Shown one piece after another: positions 28,677 to 40,090 of a DNA stretch of 64,000 bases. Location of the stretch: NCBI GenBank assembly GCA_029210265.1, contig JARGNP010000002.1, positions 48,718 to 112,717 on the forward strand. Reading direction: 5' to 3'. Both the position numbers and the translations under genes were made by a program. A model generated the notes under the pieces. It saw nothing but the letters and a program-made list of their open reading frames with translations, ran no database searches and had not been told where the DNA came from. The first letter of the stretch is position 1. Each line of letters starts with the position of its first letter. The stretch comes from Legionellaceae bacterium. Lineage in GTDB: Bacteria; Pseudomonadota; Gammaproteobacteria; Legionellales; Legionellaceae.

Positions 28677-29914
28677 TGGTTAAAAAAATAGAAAAAAACA
28701 TTATTACAGCGCTCGATATAGGCACTTCAAAAATTGTTGTCTTGATTGGTGAGGTAACGCCAGCAGGCACGATTGAGGTGATTGGAACCGGTCGCCATCC
28801 ATCCCATGGATTAAAGCGTGGTGCGGTTGTTGATATTGAAGCAACGGTTAATTCTATTCAACGCGCGGTCCAAGAGGCTGAATTGATGGCGGGTTGTGAG
28901 GTCCACTCAGTTTATACCGGGATTGCGGGCAGCCATATTAAAAGTTTAAATTCACACGGTATTGTTGCGATTCGAGACCAAGAAGTGTCACGTGCAGATG
29001 TTGAGCGTGTACTTGATGCGGCTAAAGCGGTTCCTATTCCTGCCGATCAAAAAATTCTGCATGTGCTCCCACAAGAATTTATTATTGATGGCCAAGGAAA
29101 TATTCGCGAACCGATTGGTATGGCTGGTGTGCGTCTAGAGGCACGGGTTCATATTGTTACCGGGGCGGTGAGTGCCGCTCAAAATATTATTAAATGCATT
29201 CGACGTTGTGGGCTTGAGGTGCATGATATTAGTTTAGAACAACTGGCTTCAAGTCATGCCGTATTGACCGATGACGAAAAAGAATTGGGTGTGTGTTTGG
29301 TTGATATTGGGGGAGGCACCACAGATGTGGCTGTTTTCTCACATGGCGCAATTCAATCTACGGCTGTGATACCGATTGCTGGCGATCAAGTCACCAATGA
29401 TATTGCCATGGCACTCCGTACACCAACTAAAGCTGCAGAGGCCATGAAGCTTGAACACGGTTGTGCTATGCCGGAACTAGCAAGTCCAGGACTGATGCTT
29501 GAAGTGTTAAGTGTTAATGAGCGACCAGGTCGGAAAATTTCAACCCAAGCCTTGGCTGAGGTGGTTTCTGCCCGTTATGAAGAGTTGTTTGCCTTAGTTC
29601 GGCACGAACTGCATGCCAGTGGCTTTCAAGATTTGATTGCGGCGGGTATGGTTTTAACCGGAGGTGGTTCGAATGTACATGGTGCAATTGATTTAGCAGA
29701 GATGTGTTTTGAAATGCCTGTTCGGCAGGGGCTTGTGCCTGAGTTGACCGGCTTATCGGATGAAATGATGGACCCAAGTTGGGCAACTGGCGTTGGCTTA
29801 TTATTGCATGGCTTTCAACAACAGCACGAAGCTGGTTATAATGGGTTCACGTTACGTGATTCAGCAAGTGGCGTTTGGACGAAAATGAAACAATGGTTTA
29901 GAGGGAACTTCTAA
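28676..29914 (+). CDS. ftsA: Cell division protein FtsA
   Basis: [20 protein letters not shown] parallels the E. coli FtsA N-terminus, and DIGGGTTD is present. The ATG overlaps the ftsQ stop (TAATG). The ORF-track start at 28652 is 8 codons upstream. Confidence 0.9.
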   Translation: MVKKIEKNIITALDIGTSKIVVLIGEVTPAGTIEVIGTGRHPSHGLKRGAVVDIEATVNSIQRAVQEAELMAGCEVHSVYTGIAGSHIKSLNSHGIVAIRDQEVSRADVERVLDAAKAVPIPADQKILHVLPQEFIIDGQGNIREPIGMAGVRLEARVHIVTGAVSAAQNIIKCIRRCGLEVHDISLEQLASSHAVLTDDEKELGVCLVDIGGGTTDVAVFSHGAIQSTAVIPIAGDQVTNDIAMALRTPTKAAEAMKLEHGCAMPELASPGLMLEVLSVNERPGRKISTQALAEVVSARYEELFALVRHELHASGFQDLIAAGMVLTGGGSNVHGAIDLAEMCFEMPVRQGLVPELTGLSDEMMDPSWATGVGLLLHGFQQQHEAGYNGFTLRDSASGVWTKMKQWFRGNF

Positions 29915-29943
29915 ACATAATTTTTATGCACGGGGTGAAAGGC

Positions 29944-31134
29944 ATGAGTGAGCAAATGGGAAGCCAGCAAGATAATGCTGTCATCAAAGTTGTTGGTGTT
30001 GGTGGTGGTGGTGGAAATGCCGTTGAGCATATGTTGGCTGAACGCATCGAGGGGGTGAAGTTTATCTGTGCAAACACAGATGCCCAAGCGCTCCGTCATT
30101 CTAAAGCTGAAGTTCAAATGCAGCTCGGTGATGAGCTTACGAAAGGTTTAGGTGCCGGTGCTAACCCTCAAATTGGTCAAGACGCTGCTGAAGAAGACCG
30201 CGAGTACATCAAAGAAGTGCTGCAAGGTGCTGACATGGTGTTTATTACCGCAGGGATGGGTGGTGGAACAGGAACAGGAGCTGCTCCTGTGTTTGCCGAA
30301 GTTGCAAAGAGCTTAGGAATTCTAACCGTTGCAGTTGTAACCAAGCCTTTTTCTTTTGAAGGCAAGCAGCGCACGCTTGCAGCCGAAGAAGGTATGCGGC
30401 GCTTGGCTGAGCAAGTGGATTCGTTGATTACGATTCCTAATAATAAATTATTGAGTGTGCTAGGTAAAAATATTACATTACTTAATGCATTTAAAGCGGC
30501 AAACAACGTATTGCTTGGTGCGGTCAAAGGGATTGCGGACTTAATTACGCGTCCTGGTTTAATTAATGTCGATTTTGCGGATGTTCGGACGGTAATGTCT
30601 GAAATGGGCATGGCGATGATGGGTACGGGCTGTGCTAGTGGCGAACAACGTGCGCGTCAGGCGGCTGAAGCTGCGATTGCATCGCCGTTGCTTGAGGATG
30701 TAAATTTTTCTGGCGCACGCGGTATTTTGGTTAATATCACGGCTGGATTAGATATGTCCATCGGGGAATTTGAAGAAGTGGGCGATGTTGTTAAAGAATT
30801 TATTTCAGATGATGCGACGGTTGTTGTGGGAACAGTGATTGATCCTGATATGACCGACGAGATGCGTGTCACGGTGATTGTTACGGGGTTGGGTGGTGAA
30901 GAGAAAAGTGTGCCACATACAACGAAGGCTCCTGAACGTGCTCCATTGTTTGAAGCGCGACGCCGTGATGGAAGCTTGGATTATCAACAATTAGAGCGCC
31001 CAGCAGTTGCCCGAAAGCAAGTCACAAGCCCGACATTATCTGCTGCGCAACCCAAAAAGAGTGACGCAGCTCCGGATGTTGATTACTTGGACATACCGGC
31101 GTTTTTGAGACGACATGAGCACGAAGAAGCCTAG
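29944..31134 (+). CDS. ftsZ: Cell division GTPase FtsZ
   Basis: [22 protein letters not shown] and NVDFADV motifs, plus the C-terminal [11 protein letters not shown] peptide. Confidence 0.95.
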   Translation: MSEQMGSQQDNAVIKVVGVGGGGGNAVEHMLAERIEGVKFICANTDAQALRHSKAEVQMQLGDELTKGLGAGANPQIGQDAAEEDREYIKEVLQGADMVFITAGMGGGTGTGAAPVFAEVAKSLGILTVAVVTKPFSFEGKQRTLAAEEGMRRLAEQVDSLITIPNNKLLSVLGKNITLLNAFKAANNVLLGAVKGIADLITRPGLINVDFADVRTVMSEMGMAMMGTGCASGEQRARQAAEAAIASPLLEDVNFSGARGILVNITAGLDMSIGEFEEVGDVVKEFISDDATVVVGTVIDPDMTDEMRVTVIVTGLGGEEKSVPHTTKAPERAPLFEARRRDGSLDYQQLERPAVARKQVTSPTLSAAQPKKSDAAPDVDYLDIPAFLRRHEHEEA

Positions 31135-31273
31135 TTTTTAGGTGGTTATATCGTAATATTATATTGAGGGGCAGATGCTCCCCTAAAAGTCTTAGACTAA
31201 TCAATGGTTTGTTGTTAGAATCGTTCCGGTTTATGTGGCAGCCTATAGGGGAAGCAACAAGGTGAGTAGCACA

Positions 31274-32179
31274 GTGATAAAACAAAGAACACCGAAGGCC
31301 GTTATCCAAGCCACTGGCGTGGGTTTGCATTCGGGAGACAAAATATTATTGACGCTGCGCCCTGCTCCTATTAATACAGGAATTGTGTTCAGGCGAATCG
31401 ATCTTGATCCTATTCCTGAAATTCCAGCCTCATATGAGCATGTAAGTGATACAACGCTATGTACCTCGATTGAACACAATGGTGTTCGTGTTGCTACAGT
31501 TGAGCATTTACTTTCTGCCTTGGCCGGTTTGGGCATTGATAATGCTTACGTTGATATCGACGGACCTGAAGTACCGATCATGGATGGAAGTGCTGCACCG
31601 TTTGTTTTTTTAATTCAATCAGCAGGCATTTGTGAACAAAATGCATCCAAGCGGTTTATTCGAATTAAAAAACCAGTACGCGTTGAAGAAGACGGAAAGT
31701 ATGTGCAATTTTTACCGCATAAAGGCTACCGTGTATCGTTTACGATTGATTTTGAACATCCTGTTTTCAACGATAAACCTCAGACTGCGGCGTATGATCT
31801 TTCAGCAACGTCTTATCTTAAAGAAGTGTGTCGTGCACGAACGTTTGGTTTTTTGTCTGATTATGAAAAACTTCGCGAAGCGAATTTAGCTAAAGGCGGA
31901 AGTCTTGATAATGCAATTGTCGTAGATGACTACCGTATTTTGAACGATGATGGTCTGCGTTTCGACGATGAATTTGTTAAGCATAAAATATTAGATGCGA
32001 TCGGTGATTTGTATTTGCTGGGTTCGAGTCTTATTGGTGCTTTTGAAGGTTATCGCTCAGGGCATGCGCTTAATAATAAATTGTTACGTGCCTTAATCGC
32101 AAAGGAAGATGCTTGGGAGTATGTTTACCCTGAGGCAAAAGACTACCCTTTACCTGATTTGGTGCTAGCCGAAGCTTGA
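31274..32179 (+). CDS. lpxC: UDP-3-O-acyl-N-acetylglucosamine deacetylase
   Basis: [21 protein letters not shown] parallels E. coli [21 protein letters not shown], so GTG 31274 is the likely start. HLLSALAG and [13 protein letters not shown] motifs are also present. Confidence 0.9.
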   Translation: MIKQRTPKAVIQATGVGLHSGDKILLTLRPAPINTGIVFRRIDLDPIPEIPASYEHVSDTTLCTSIEHNGVRVATVEHLLSALAGLGIDNAYVDIDGPEVPIMDGSAAPFVFLIQSAGICEQNASKRFIRIKKPVRVEEDGKYVQFLPHKGYRVSFTIDFEHPVFNDKPQTAAYDLSATSYLKEVCRARTFGFLSDYEKLREANLAKGGSLDNAIVVDDYRILNDDGLRFDDEFVKHKILDAIGDLYLLGSSLIGAFEGYRSGHALNNKLLRALIAKEDAWEYVYPEAKDYPLPDLVLAEA

Positions 32180-32601
32180 TGCTTGCTGAGGCGCTCTAGC
32201 GCTTCTTTGAGTGGGGCGTAGCTACAATGAGCGGCACTCTCATGAATATTACGCTTGGCGTTATTTGAAATACAAACATCGCGACTTTTCTTTTTAGGTG
32301 GTTTGGCTGCTGGGGTTGCCGGCAATAAGTTAATGCGAATCGATGTGAGCTGATGAAGGCCTTCTTGTCGAAGCTTATCGCGCAAGTTGGGTAGTTCAAA
32401 GCGTAGTTGTGCGGCCCACACAGGATCGTCTACCGCAAGTATTAAGCAACCACTCGTAAAACGACTCACTGTACACGGAACAGATTCATGCTCATTCTTT
32501 TTGAGGTGGCGTTGAACCAACCGGGTTAAGCTATCCAATTGTGAAGCTTGTTTATAAATCGAAGCAAGTGGAGTATTAAAGCATTGAGTTATTTTACGCA
32601 T
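32143..32601 (-). CDS. dciA: DUF721/DciA-like protein (candidate replicative-helicase operator)
   Basis: From MRKITQ.. the sequence [48 protein letters not shown] fits the DUF721 pattern. It has a basic C-terminal tail, and its 3' end overlaps the lpxC 3' end by 37 nt (convergent). Confidence 0.55.
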   Translation of the reverse strand: MRKITQCFNTPLASIYKQASQLDSLTRLVQRHLKKNEHESVPCTVSRFTSGCLILAVDDPVWAAQLRFELPNLRDKLRQEGLHQLTSIRINLLPATPAAKPPKKKSRDVCISNNAKRNIHESAAHCSYAPLKEALERLSKHQASASTKSGKG

Positions 32602-32671
32602 GGTGTTTGTCTGTTCGTGTTCAATATGTTTTAGTATACACATGTGCAGCATAAATTTGGAGAATTGAATC

Positions 32672-33094
32672 ATGAGCAAGCAACGTGTGATCTATCAGGC
32701 TCGCCTGCATTGGATTTTATTTGTATGGCCTGTTTTAATGTTATTGCTTGGACTGTGGCTTAGTTTTGCGTCTGTTTCTTTTCGTGAGGTTGGGGTGCTG
32801 GCTATCTTTATTGCGCTTGCTTGGGGAGGCTTGATGTGGCTCACGTATCAATTTTCATCACTCACGATTAAAGAAAGACAGGTGATTTTACGTAGCGGTA
32901 TTTTAGTTCGCCAAACGATTGATATACCACTCGCTAAAATAGAAAGTATTGATATCCGTCAATCTATTATAGGTAGTTTGTTTCAGTACGGTTCATTGCT
33001 GATTACAGGTACCGGTGGGACCCGACAGTGGATGGGGTATATTGCGAAGCCTTTGACATGTCGCAGGCATATCGAGCAGCTGATGCACGAGTAA
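32672..33094 (+). CDS. Membrane protein with bacterial PH domain (bPH_2/YdbS-YdbT-like)
   Basis: Two TM helices followed by ERQVILRSGILVRQTIDIPLAKIESIDIRQSIIGSLFQYGSLLI. Confidence 0.65.
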   Translation: MSKQRVIYQARLHWILFVWPVLMLLLGLWLSFASVSFREVGVLAIFIALAWGGLMWLTYQFSSLTIKERQVILRSGILVRQTIDIPLAKIESIDIRQSIIGSLFQYGSLLITGTGGTRQWMGYIAKPLTCRRHIEQLMHE

Positions 33095-33099
33095 ACCTG

Positions 33100-33930
33100 C
33101 TAATTTGTTGTAATTGGAAATTCAGATGCTTTTTTTCCTGCAGGAGGACTGTTCATCAAGACTGGTTCTATTTCGCCCTCAGCTTCGTCAACATAGAGTT
33201 CGCCAGGGGTGGTTTCTTGCTCGCCATGAATTAAAAAATTACGGTGCTGAAGATAAGCATCTCGCATGAAAGCGTAAGAGTCGGGTGCTTGAGAAATAAA
33301 CTTATCCGTATCAAACATGCGCGAGCGTAAGTCGATGTAACGAAGAACCAAAACGCTTTCAATAAGATAGGCTTTATGAATATAAGGATAAGGCGTAAAA
33401 AACGTGTAATCAAACATTAAGCCAAAGCCATCACGAATTGTACTGGGCCCGAGAAACGGGATCATCACATAAGGTGAGTGTGTATCGCCCCATTTAGCAA
33501 AGGTAATACCCAGATCGTTTTCATGCAACGGAAGTTGACATAAGCTTGCGACATCAAAAATTCCGCCAATACCAATACTTGAATTAATTACAAAGCGCCA
33601 GAAATCTAAGATGGCTTGCTGAAAATCAGCTTGCAAGACATCATTGGCAAACGTAGGGAACATATTAATATTATTATATACGTTATTAACGCCAGCACGA
33701 ACAGGTGCAGGAATAGCAAAAGCATAAAATTTTGCGGGTGGTTTTAAAATATATTTATCAAAAACCGAATTAAAGCTGTAAATTTTACGATTAATTTTCT
33801 CGTATGGATCGTCTGGATTAGGGCCTACCGCGACGCAGCTGGATAAAAGCATGATGCTTAAGCCGAGCAGCGGTTTAAGCACCGAGCAGCGGATAGGATT
33901 TTGGACAGAACTTCGAGAAATAAAATGCAT
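33100..33930 (-). CDS. mlaA: MlaA/VacJ family outer-membrane lipoprotein
   Basis: Lipobox LLSSC. DPYEKINRKIYSFNSVFDKYILKPPAKFYAFAIPAPVRAGVNNVYNNI is the hallmark MlaA N-terminal block. Confidence 0.85.
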   Translation of the reverse strand: MHFISRSSVQNPIRCSVLKPLLGLSIMLLSSCVAVGPNPDDPYEKINRKIYSFNSVFDKYILKPPAKFYAFAIPAPVRAGVNNVYNNINMFPTFANDVLQADFQQAILDFWRFVINSSIGIGGIFDVASLCQLPLHENDLGITFAKWGDTHSPYVMIPFLGPSTIRDGFGLMFDYTFFTPYPYIHKAYLIESVLVLRYIDLRSRMFDTDKFISQAPDSYAFMRDAYLQHRNFLIHGEQETTPGELYVDEAEGEIEPVLMNSPPAGKKASEFPITTN

Positions 33931-34041
33931 TATTATTTTAATTATAAAAAAACAAGTAGTTATAGTAGAACAGAATTGGGTGTAGGTGTGAAGGGTAGTT
34001 CAGTGTAGAATAGGCGGCAATTAAGAATTTGTGTATGGAGT

Positions 34042-36222
34042 ATGATTTTGGAAGACGTGAGTGTGATGGGTTTGAATGAGCGTCAGCGTGACGCGGTGAC
34101 TGCACCTATGGGTAATGTTTTGGTTTTAGCCGGTGCCGGTAGTGGAAAAACCAGGGTTCTTGTCAGTCGTGTGGTATGGTTGATTTCAGAACATGATTTA
34201 TCACCCCATGCTATTTTGGCCGTAACGTTTACTAATAAAGCGGCCGGTGAAATGCGTGCACGTTTGAATGCTATGGTTAATAATGGAACACAAGGCCTTT
34301 GGGTCGGTACGTTTCACGGCTTATGTCATCGTTTATTGCGTCAGCATCATGAATTTGCAGGTTTGTCTGAGCACTTTCAAATTTTAGATAGTGATGATCA
34401 GTTGCGTTTAATTAAGCGCGTGATGGCTGCGATGAATTTGGAGGCCGATCAATGGCCGCCTAAGCAAGCACAGGCATTTATTAATGGACGCAAAGACGAA
34501 GGACTTCGGCCGGCTCATGTTCAAGTACCGTCGTATGGACCTGGTCGAACATGGCTTGCAGTGTATCAAGCCTATGAAAAAGCATGCCAGGTTGCAGGTG
34601 TGATTGATTTTGCTGAATTATTGCTGCGTTGCCATGAAATGCTACGTGATAATGCTGAGTTACTTGCGCACTATCAAGCGCGTTTTAAAGTTATTTTGGT
34701 TGACGAGTTTCAAGATACCAATGCTGTTCAATACGCCTGGATTCGCTTGCTAGCAGGTGCTGATACGGCTGTTATGGCGGTGGGTGATGATGATCAGTCG
34801 ATTTATGGATGGCGTGGCGCCAAAGTTGAAAATATTCAGCGGTTTTCTGAAGATTTTAGTGATAGCAGTGTTGTGCGACTTGAACAAAATTACCGTTCAA
34901 CGGGAACGATTTTAGAGGCGGCCAATGGCTTAATTACCCATAATACGGGGCGGTTAGGCAAAGCTCTGTGGACCGATGGTCATGCAGGTGAAAAAATTAC
35001 GGTTTATGGTGCCTTAAACGAATTGGATGAAGCGCGCTTTGTCGCAGAACGTATTTCTATGGCGCTTGATGCCGGTCGTTCACCGAGTGACATTGCTATT
35101 TTATACCGTTCGAATGCTCAATCACGGGTACTTGAGGAGGCGTTGCTACGAGGTAATATTGCGTATCATATTCATGGCGGGGTTCGCTTTTTTGAGCGCG
35201 CTGAAATTAAAGACGCGCTTGCGTATTTACGCTTGGTTGCTAACGTGGAAGATGACGTTGCTTTTGAGCGCGTTGTTAATTTTCCAACACGAGGAATTGG
35301 CGAAAAAACAGTGGAGACCATACGCGTTGCAGCACGTGAACAAAGTGTTTCTCTTTGGAGTACGGCTGTGGCTCAGCTCGAAGCCGGTGTTTTTTCTGCG
35401 CGCGCAGGCAATGCACTCGCAGGGTTTGTTAAGTTAATTGAAAAGCTTCAAGGTGACTTGGCCGCTGAAGCGTTAGAAGTACAAGTTAAAGGCGTGATCG
35501 AAACCAGTGGCTTACACCAACATTTTGCGACCATGAAAGGCGAGCGCGCCGAAGGTAAGCGAGAAAATTTAGAAGAGCTTATTCATGCGGCTCGTCAGTA
35601 TCAAGAAGAGCAAGACGAAGAAATTACTGAGATCTTAAGTGATTTTTTAGCGCATGCGTCGCTTGAAGGTGGTGAACGACAAGCCGATGATAGTGTGCCA
35701 CATGTGCATCTGATGACGTTACATGCGGCCAAAGGCTTAGAATTTCCGCAAGTGTTTTTAGTTGGTATGGAGGAAGGTTTATTTCCCGGACGGCAATCGA
35801 TGGAAGATGAAGCGCGTATGGAAGAAGAGCGACGGTTGTGTTACGTCGGCGTGACACGTGCCATGAAAAAACTTATTATTTCGTATGCTGAAATTCGTAG
35901 GCAGTATGGGCGTGAAGAATATCATAAGCCTTCGCGTTTCTTAAAAGAGCTGCCAGAGCACTTGCTTGAAGAAATTAAAATTAAAAAGAAGGCGTATGCA
36001 CCACAAGCAGGAACCACCGGTGTAGGTTCAAATAAACCGGTACGTTTTTATGAAGACGATGCGCCTGGTGGATTTCGTTTGGGACAAGAAGTGAAGCATG
36101 CTAAATTTGGCGCGGGTGTGGTGCTTGCGCTTGAAGGCAGTGGTGCGCACACACGAGTTCAAGTAAACTTTAAAACACACGGATGCAAGTGGTTGGTTGC
36201 GGCTTACGCGAACTTAACTTGA
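34042..36222 (+). CDS. uvrD: DNA helicase II (UvrD, SF1A)
   Basis: LNERQRDAVTAP, AGAGSGKTRVL, VDEFQDTN, EQNYRST and HAAKGLEFPQVFLVG motifs. 726 aa. Confidence 0.9.
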   Translation: MILEDVSVMGLNERQRDAVTAPMGNVLVLAGAGSGKTRVLVSRVVWLISEHDLSPHAILAVTFTNKAAGEMRARLNAMVNNGTQGLWVGTFHGLCHRLLRQHHEFAGLSEHFQILDSDDQLRLIKRVMAAMNLEADQWPPKQAQAFINGRKDEGLRPAHVQVPSYGPGRTWLAVYQAYEKACQVAGVIDFAELLLRCHEMLRDNAELLAHYQARFKVILVDEFQDTNAVQYAWIRLLAGADTAVMAVGDDDQSIYGWRGAKVENIQRFSEDFSDSSVVRLEQNYRSTGTILEAANGLITHNTGRLGKALWTDGHAGEKITVYGALNELDEARFVAERISMALDAGRSPSDIAILYRSNAQSRVLEEALLRGNIAYHIHGGVRFFERAEIKDALAYLRLVANVEDDVAFERVVNFPTRGIGEKTVETIRVAAREQSVSLWSTAVAQLEAGVFSARAGNALAGFVKLIEKLQGDLAAEALEVQVKGVIETSGLHQHFATMKGERAEGKRENLEELIHAARQYQEEQDEEITEILSDFLAHASLEGGERQADDSVPHVHLMTLHAAKGLEFPQVFLVGMEEGLFPGRQSMEDEARMEEERRLCYVGVTRAMKKLIISYAEIRRQYGREEYHKPSRFLKELPEHLLEEIKIKKKAYAPQAGTTGVGSNKPVRFYEDDAPGGFRLGQEVKHAKFGAGVVLALEGSGAHTRVQVNFKTHGCKWLVAAYANLT

Positions 36223-36276
36223 ATTCTTAAGAAACAAATGCTAGTTTCTGTTTCGTAGGAAATCAACTTGTTTTAA

Positions 36277-36300
36277 ATGCGACATAAAATGCGACATAAG
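36277..36300 (+). repeat. Tandem 12-bp duplication (atgcgacataaa / atgcgacataag) in the leader of the com1-like gene
   Basis: Read directly from the sequence. It creates two spurious upstream in-frame ATGs. Confidence 0.7.
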
Positions 36301-36309
36301 GAGAAAGGC

Positions 36310-37107
36310 GTGAAATTGAAATATACGTTAACCGCACGAACAGCCTTGGTAGCGGGTATGCTTGTTTGTGGTGGAGTAGCAACAGCTGCTGAAAGTGCGA
36401 TGCCAGCAGCTCAGAAACAACAAGTGGAACAAGTCGTTCATAATTATTTGGTCACGCATCCTGAAGTATTGCTCGAGGCCTCACAAGCGCTTCAAAAAAA
36501 GCAGCAAGATGAAGCACAACAAGTTGCAAAATCAGCAATATCTAAATATGCCGATCAGTTATTTAAATTTACAAAAGACGGTGCAGTCACCGGGAACCCT
36601 AAAGGTGCTGTGACTGTGGTTGAGTTTTTTGACTATCAATGCGTTCATTGCAAGCGAATGAAGCCTGTTATCAATGAAGTTTCTAAAAATAACGCAAATG
36701 TACGTGTAATTTATAAAGAACTTCCTATCTTTGGAAAGCGCTCAGAAACAGCGTCACGCGCAGCTTTAGCTGCAGCGAAGCAAGGTAAGTACGCCGCCAT
36801 GCAAGCCGCTTTACTGAAAATAGAAAAACGTCTTGATGATGCTTTGGTCTTATCAACAGCTGAATCCATTGGTCTGGATATGGCTAAACTAAAACAAGAT
36901 ATGAAAAGCAAAGCCATTGATGATGAGCTTGCAGCAAATCATAAGCTTGCTGATAACTTGAACTTAATGGGTACGCCGGCATTTATTGTGGCATCAACAC
37001 CCAATGGTGAGTTTAATGCAAATTACGAACCTAACTTTATTCCAGGTGCCGCAACGGTTGAAGCCTTGCAGGATTTGGTTGAACAAGCAGGAAAATCAGC
37101 ATCATAA
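36310..37107 (+). CDS. com1: Com1/DsbA2-type periplasmic thiol:disulfide oxidoreductase
   Basis: [42 protein letters not shown] and AAAKQGKY closely parallel the Coxiella Com1 27-kDa protein as I recall it. GTG 36310 follows SD AAGGAG and yields a signal peptide ([25 protein letters not shown]). Confidence 0.8.
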   Translation: MKLKYTLTARTALVAGMLVCGGVATAAESAMPAAQKQQVEQVVHNYLVTHPEVLLEASQALQKKQQDEAQQVAKSAISKYADQLFKFTKDGAVTGNPKGAVTVVEFFDYQCVHCKRMKPVINEVSKNNANVRVIYKELPIFGKRSETASRAALAAAKQGKYAAMQAALLKIEKRLDDALVLSTAESIGLDMAKLKQDMKSKAIDDELAANHKLADNLNLMGTPAFIVASTPNGEFNANYEPNFIPGAATVEALQDLVEQAGKSAS

Positions 37108-38000
37108 TGAGTAAACCGTCAACGTTTCAGGATATGATCCTGACACTACAAAACTTTTGGGCTGCTGAAGGATGTATTATTCTTCAGCCGCTTGATATGC
37201 AAGTAGGCGCGGGAACGTTTCATCCCGCAACATTTTTACGAGCAACAGGGCCTGAGCCTTGGAATGCTGCGTATGTTCAGCCCTCGAGGCGACCGACCGA
37301 TGGGCGTTATGGCGAAAATCCAAATCGTCTTCAGCATTATTATCAGTTTCAAGTGGTCTTAAAGCCATCGCCGCTGGATATCCAAGAAAAATATTTGGAT
37401 TCGCTGCGCGCTTTAGGCGTTGATCCCTTATTAGATGATATACGTTTTGTTGAAGATAACTGGGAGTCACCTACGCTGGGTGCTTGGGGTTTAGGTTGGG
37501 AAGTGTGGCAAAACGGCATGGAAGTGTCGCAGTTTACCTATTTCCAACAAGTCGGCGGACGTTCGTGTAATCCAGTAACCGGTGAGCTGACATATGGACT
37601 TGAACGCCTGGCTATGTCGATTCTTAATGTCGATAATGTATATGACTTGCCGTGGTGTGTGAACTCGGGAAAAACCATCACGTATGGTGACGTGTTTCAT
37701 CAGCAAGAAGTTGAGATGTCGACGTATCATTTTGAGCTCGCTAATATTGATTGGCTTTTTAAACAATTTGATATGTGTGAAGAAGAAGCTGGACAATTAG
37801 CGGAGCGTGGGCTTTCAATTCCAGCTTACGAAATGGTGATGCAAGCCTCGCATGTATTTAATATATTGGATGCTCGTCATGCGCTTTCGGTTACCGAACG
37901 ACAGCGTTATATTTTGCGTGTACGTCAATTATCTCGAGCTGTAACTGAAGCTTATTATCATGCGCGAGAAGCGCTAGGTTTTCCAATGAAGGTGGATTGA
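37107..38000 (+). CDS. glyQ: Glycine--tRNA ligase alpha subunit
   Basis: [39 protein letters not shown] and GLERLAM. 297 aa. The ATG overlaps the com1 stop (TAATG). Confidence 0.95.
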   Translation: MSKPSTFQDMILTLQNFWAAEGCIILQPLDMQVGAGTFHPATFLRATGPEPWNAAYVQPSRRPTDGRYGENPNRLQHYYQFQVVLKPSPLDIQEKYLDSLRALGVDPLLDDIRFVEDNWESPTLGAWGLGWEVWQNGMEVSQFTYFQQVGGRSCNPVTGELTYGLERLAMSILNVDNVYDLPWCVNSGKTITYGDVFHQQEVEMSTYHFELANIDWLFKQFDMCEEEAGQLAERGLSIPAYEMVMQASHVFNILDARHALSVTERQRYILRVRQLSRAVTEAYYHAREALGFPMKVD

Positions 38001-40081
38001 TGTCACAAGATTTTTTATTTGAATTGGGAACAGAAGAATTACCATCTGGATCTGTTTTTCCATTAGCTGAAGCTTTGGCAGAACGTATTACGGCGGGTTT
38101 AGCTAAAGCGCGCTTAATGCATGGCATGGTACAGGCTTTTTCAACACCACGTCGTCTAGCCGTACTGATTCATGATGTGCAACTAGAACAAGCCAGTCAT
38201 GCAACAGAACGCCTTGGACCACGTGAAGAAGCAGGTCTTCAGGCTGATGGTACGCCTTCAAAAGCGTTGCTTGGTTTTGCGCGATCGTGTCAGGTTGCTG
38301 TGGATGCTCTGGTGGTGATTGATACCCTTAAAGGCCGTCGCTTTGCCTTTCAGGCAATGACGGCTGCTGTCCCAACAATTCAGCTTTTACCCGATATTAT
38401 ACATGATGCCGTTATGGGGTTACCTATACCTAAACCCATGCGCTGGGGGAGTGGAAGCCAAGCCTTTGTTCGACCTGTGCATTGGGCCATTCTTTTATTT
38501 GGCAAAGAGGTTGTTAAACTTGAATTATTAGGGTGTGAAACAAATAATTTCAGTTTTGGACATCGTTACCATCATCCAGAATCGATTCAAATTAATCAGC
38601 CTAAAGATTACGAGGTGCGTCTTCGAGATGCTTCGGTGATGGTTGATTTTAAAGCGCGACGTGATGCAATCACCGCATCAGTTCTTGAGGCTCTATTGCC
38701 GATTGATGCAGAGGCCGTGATGCCTGAAGCTTTACTGGATGAAGTCGCATCGATTGTTGAATGGCCCACAGCACTGCTTGTTAAATTTGAATCTAAATTT
38801 CTTGATATTCCATCGGAAGTTTTAATCGAATCGATGCAATCTCATCAAAAGTGCTTTGCTGTTCGAGATAAACAAGGTGCTTTACTGCCTTATTTTGTGA
38901 CGGTGTCGAATATTCAAAGTACATCGCCTGATCATGTTATCAAAGGTAACGAAACGGTGATGAAAGCGCGTCTCAGTGACGCTGAGTTTTTCTTTGCTGA
39001 AGATCAAAAGCAATCGTTGCATGATCGCGTTAAAGCAACTGAAAATGTGGTGTTTCAAGCCAAACTTGGAAGTTTACGTGATAAAACGGCACGTATCGAA
39101 GCCATCATGAGTCATCTAATAGAGCCCCTAAGTTTAGATGCGGCTGACGCATCAAGGGCGGCTTTATTATGTAAATGTGATTTACTAACGGGGATGGTCG
39201 GTGAGTTTCCTGAGTTACAGGGCACCATGGGGTATTATTACGCTCAGATTGATGCTGAAACGCCTGCTGTAGCTGTAGCGTTACAAGAGCAATATTTACC
39301 AAGGTTTTCTTCTGATGCGTTACCTAAATCATCGTTAAGCATTGCTTTATCTTTGGCTGATCGCATCGATACACTCGTGGGGACGTTTGCGATTGGTTTA
39401 AAACCCACAGGTGAGAGTGATCCATTTAAATTACGTAGGCATGCTTTAGCTATCGTACGGTTATTGGGTGCTTTACCTGTGTCTGTTGGGCTAGGTTCGT
39501 TATTAAATGCTGCACGATGCGCTTATGGCACACGCTTTTTATCAGATGAAGAGCTTTTACCAGCGGTACAAACGTTTATATTAGGTCGTCTGCCAGCGTA
39601 TTATCATACGGCCAGCAATGCGGCTGAATTAGTGCAAGCTGCGCTTGCCAAGCAATCCGATTGCTTACGTGATTTAGATGCACGTATTGTCGCACTGGAA
39701 AGCTTTATGCAACAGCCTGATGCCAAAATATTAGCTGCCGCGTGTAAGCGTGTGAATAAGCTTTTAAAACATGTTTCGGCAACACAAGGCGATATACATC
39801 CGGTTGATGAGGCCTTATTTCAAGATGCACCTGAACGTGCTTTGTTTATACGTATTACTCAACTTGAAGCGGTGGTTTCTGAGCTCTATGCGAACGCGCT
39901 GTATGGTGATATTTTAGTAGAACTTACGTCGTTACGTGAGCCCGTGGACGCTTTTTTTGAACACGTGATGGTGATGGTCGAAGATGCGGATATTAAAGCA
40001 AATCGTTTGCGTTTGTTAGCGCGCTTGCAGGCTTTATTACAATGCGTGGCTGATATGTCGCTTTTACCGCAAGTGCTATGA
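37997..40081 (+). CDS. glyS: Glycine--tRNA ligase beta subunit
   Basis: [13 protein letters not shown]-terminus, PKPMRWG and KRRFAFQ-like blocks. 694 aa. It overlaps the glyQ stop. Confidence 0.95.
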   Translation: MMSQDFLFELGTEELPSGSVFPLAEALAERITAGLAKARLMHGMVQAFSTPRRLAVLIHDVQLEQASHATERLGPREEAGLQADGTPSKALLGFARSCQVAVDALVVIDTLKGRRFAFQAMTAAVPTIQLLPDIIHDAVMGLPIPKPMRWGSGSQAFVRPVHWAILLFGKEVVKLELLGCETNNFSFGHRYHHPESIQINQPKDYEVRLRDASVMVDFKARRDAITASVLEALLPIDAEAVMPEALLDEVASIVEWPTALLVKFESKFLDIPSEVLIESMQSHQKCFAVRDKQGALLPYFVTVSNIQSTSPDHVIKGNETVMKARLSDAEFFFAEDQKQSLHDRVKATENVVFQAKLGSLRDKTARIEAIMSHLIEPLSLDAADASRAALLCKCDLLTGMVGEFPELQGTMGYYYAQIDAETPAVAVALQEQYLPRFSSDALPKSSLSIALSLADRIDTLVGTFAIGLKPTGESDPFKLRRHALAIVRLLGALPVSVGLGSLLNAARCAYGTRFLSDEELLPAVQTFILGRLPAYYHTASNAAELVQAALAKQSDCLRDLDARIVALESFMQQPDAKILAAACKRVNKLLKHVSATQGDIHPVDEALFQDAPERALFIRITQLEAVVSELYANALYGDILVELTSLREPVDAFFEHVMVMVEDADIKANRLRLLARLQALLQCVADMSLLPQVL

Positions 40082-40090
40082 GCAGGTGCT

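Noticed and set aside
29660-29680. ggtggttcgaatg resembling a tRNA T-arm (GGTTCGAAT)
   Set aside because: It sits inside the ftsA coding frame (TGGGSNV). There is no acceptor or anticodon stem context around it. I recognised no tRNA anywhere in the window.
30177-30611. 144-aa ORF antisense to ftsZ
   Set aside because: It lies entirely within the strongly supported ftsZ CDS. It is low-complexity, Ala/Ser/Pro-rich, as expected of a shadow frame opposite a Gly/Ala-rich gene, and has no SD.
31160-31195. Possible terminator hairpin after ftsZ (aggggcagatgctcccct)
   Set aside because: Only about 5 bp pair cleanly, there is an internal mismatch, and no T-run follows. lpxC is probably co-transcribed or has its own promoter here.
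35027-35437. 136-aa alternative-frame ORF inside uvrD
   Set aside because: It is on the same strand as uvrD in the +1 frame and overlaps conserved helicase motifs. It has no SD and a composition typical of an off-frame translation.
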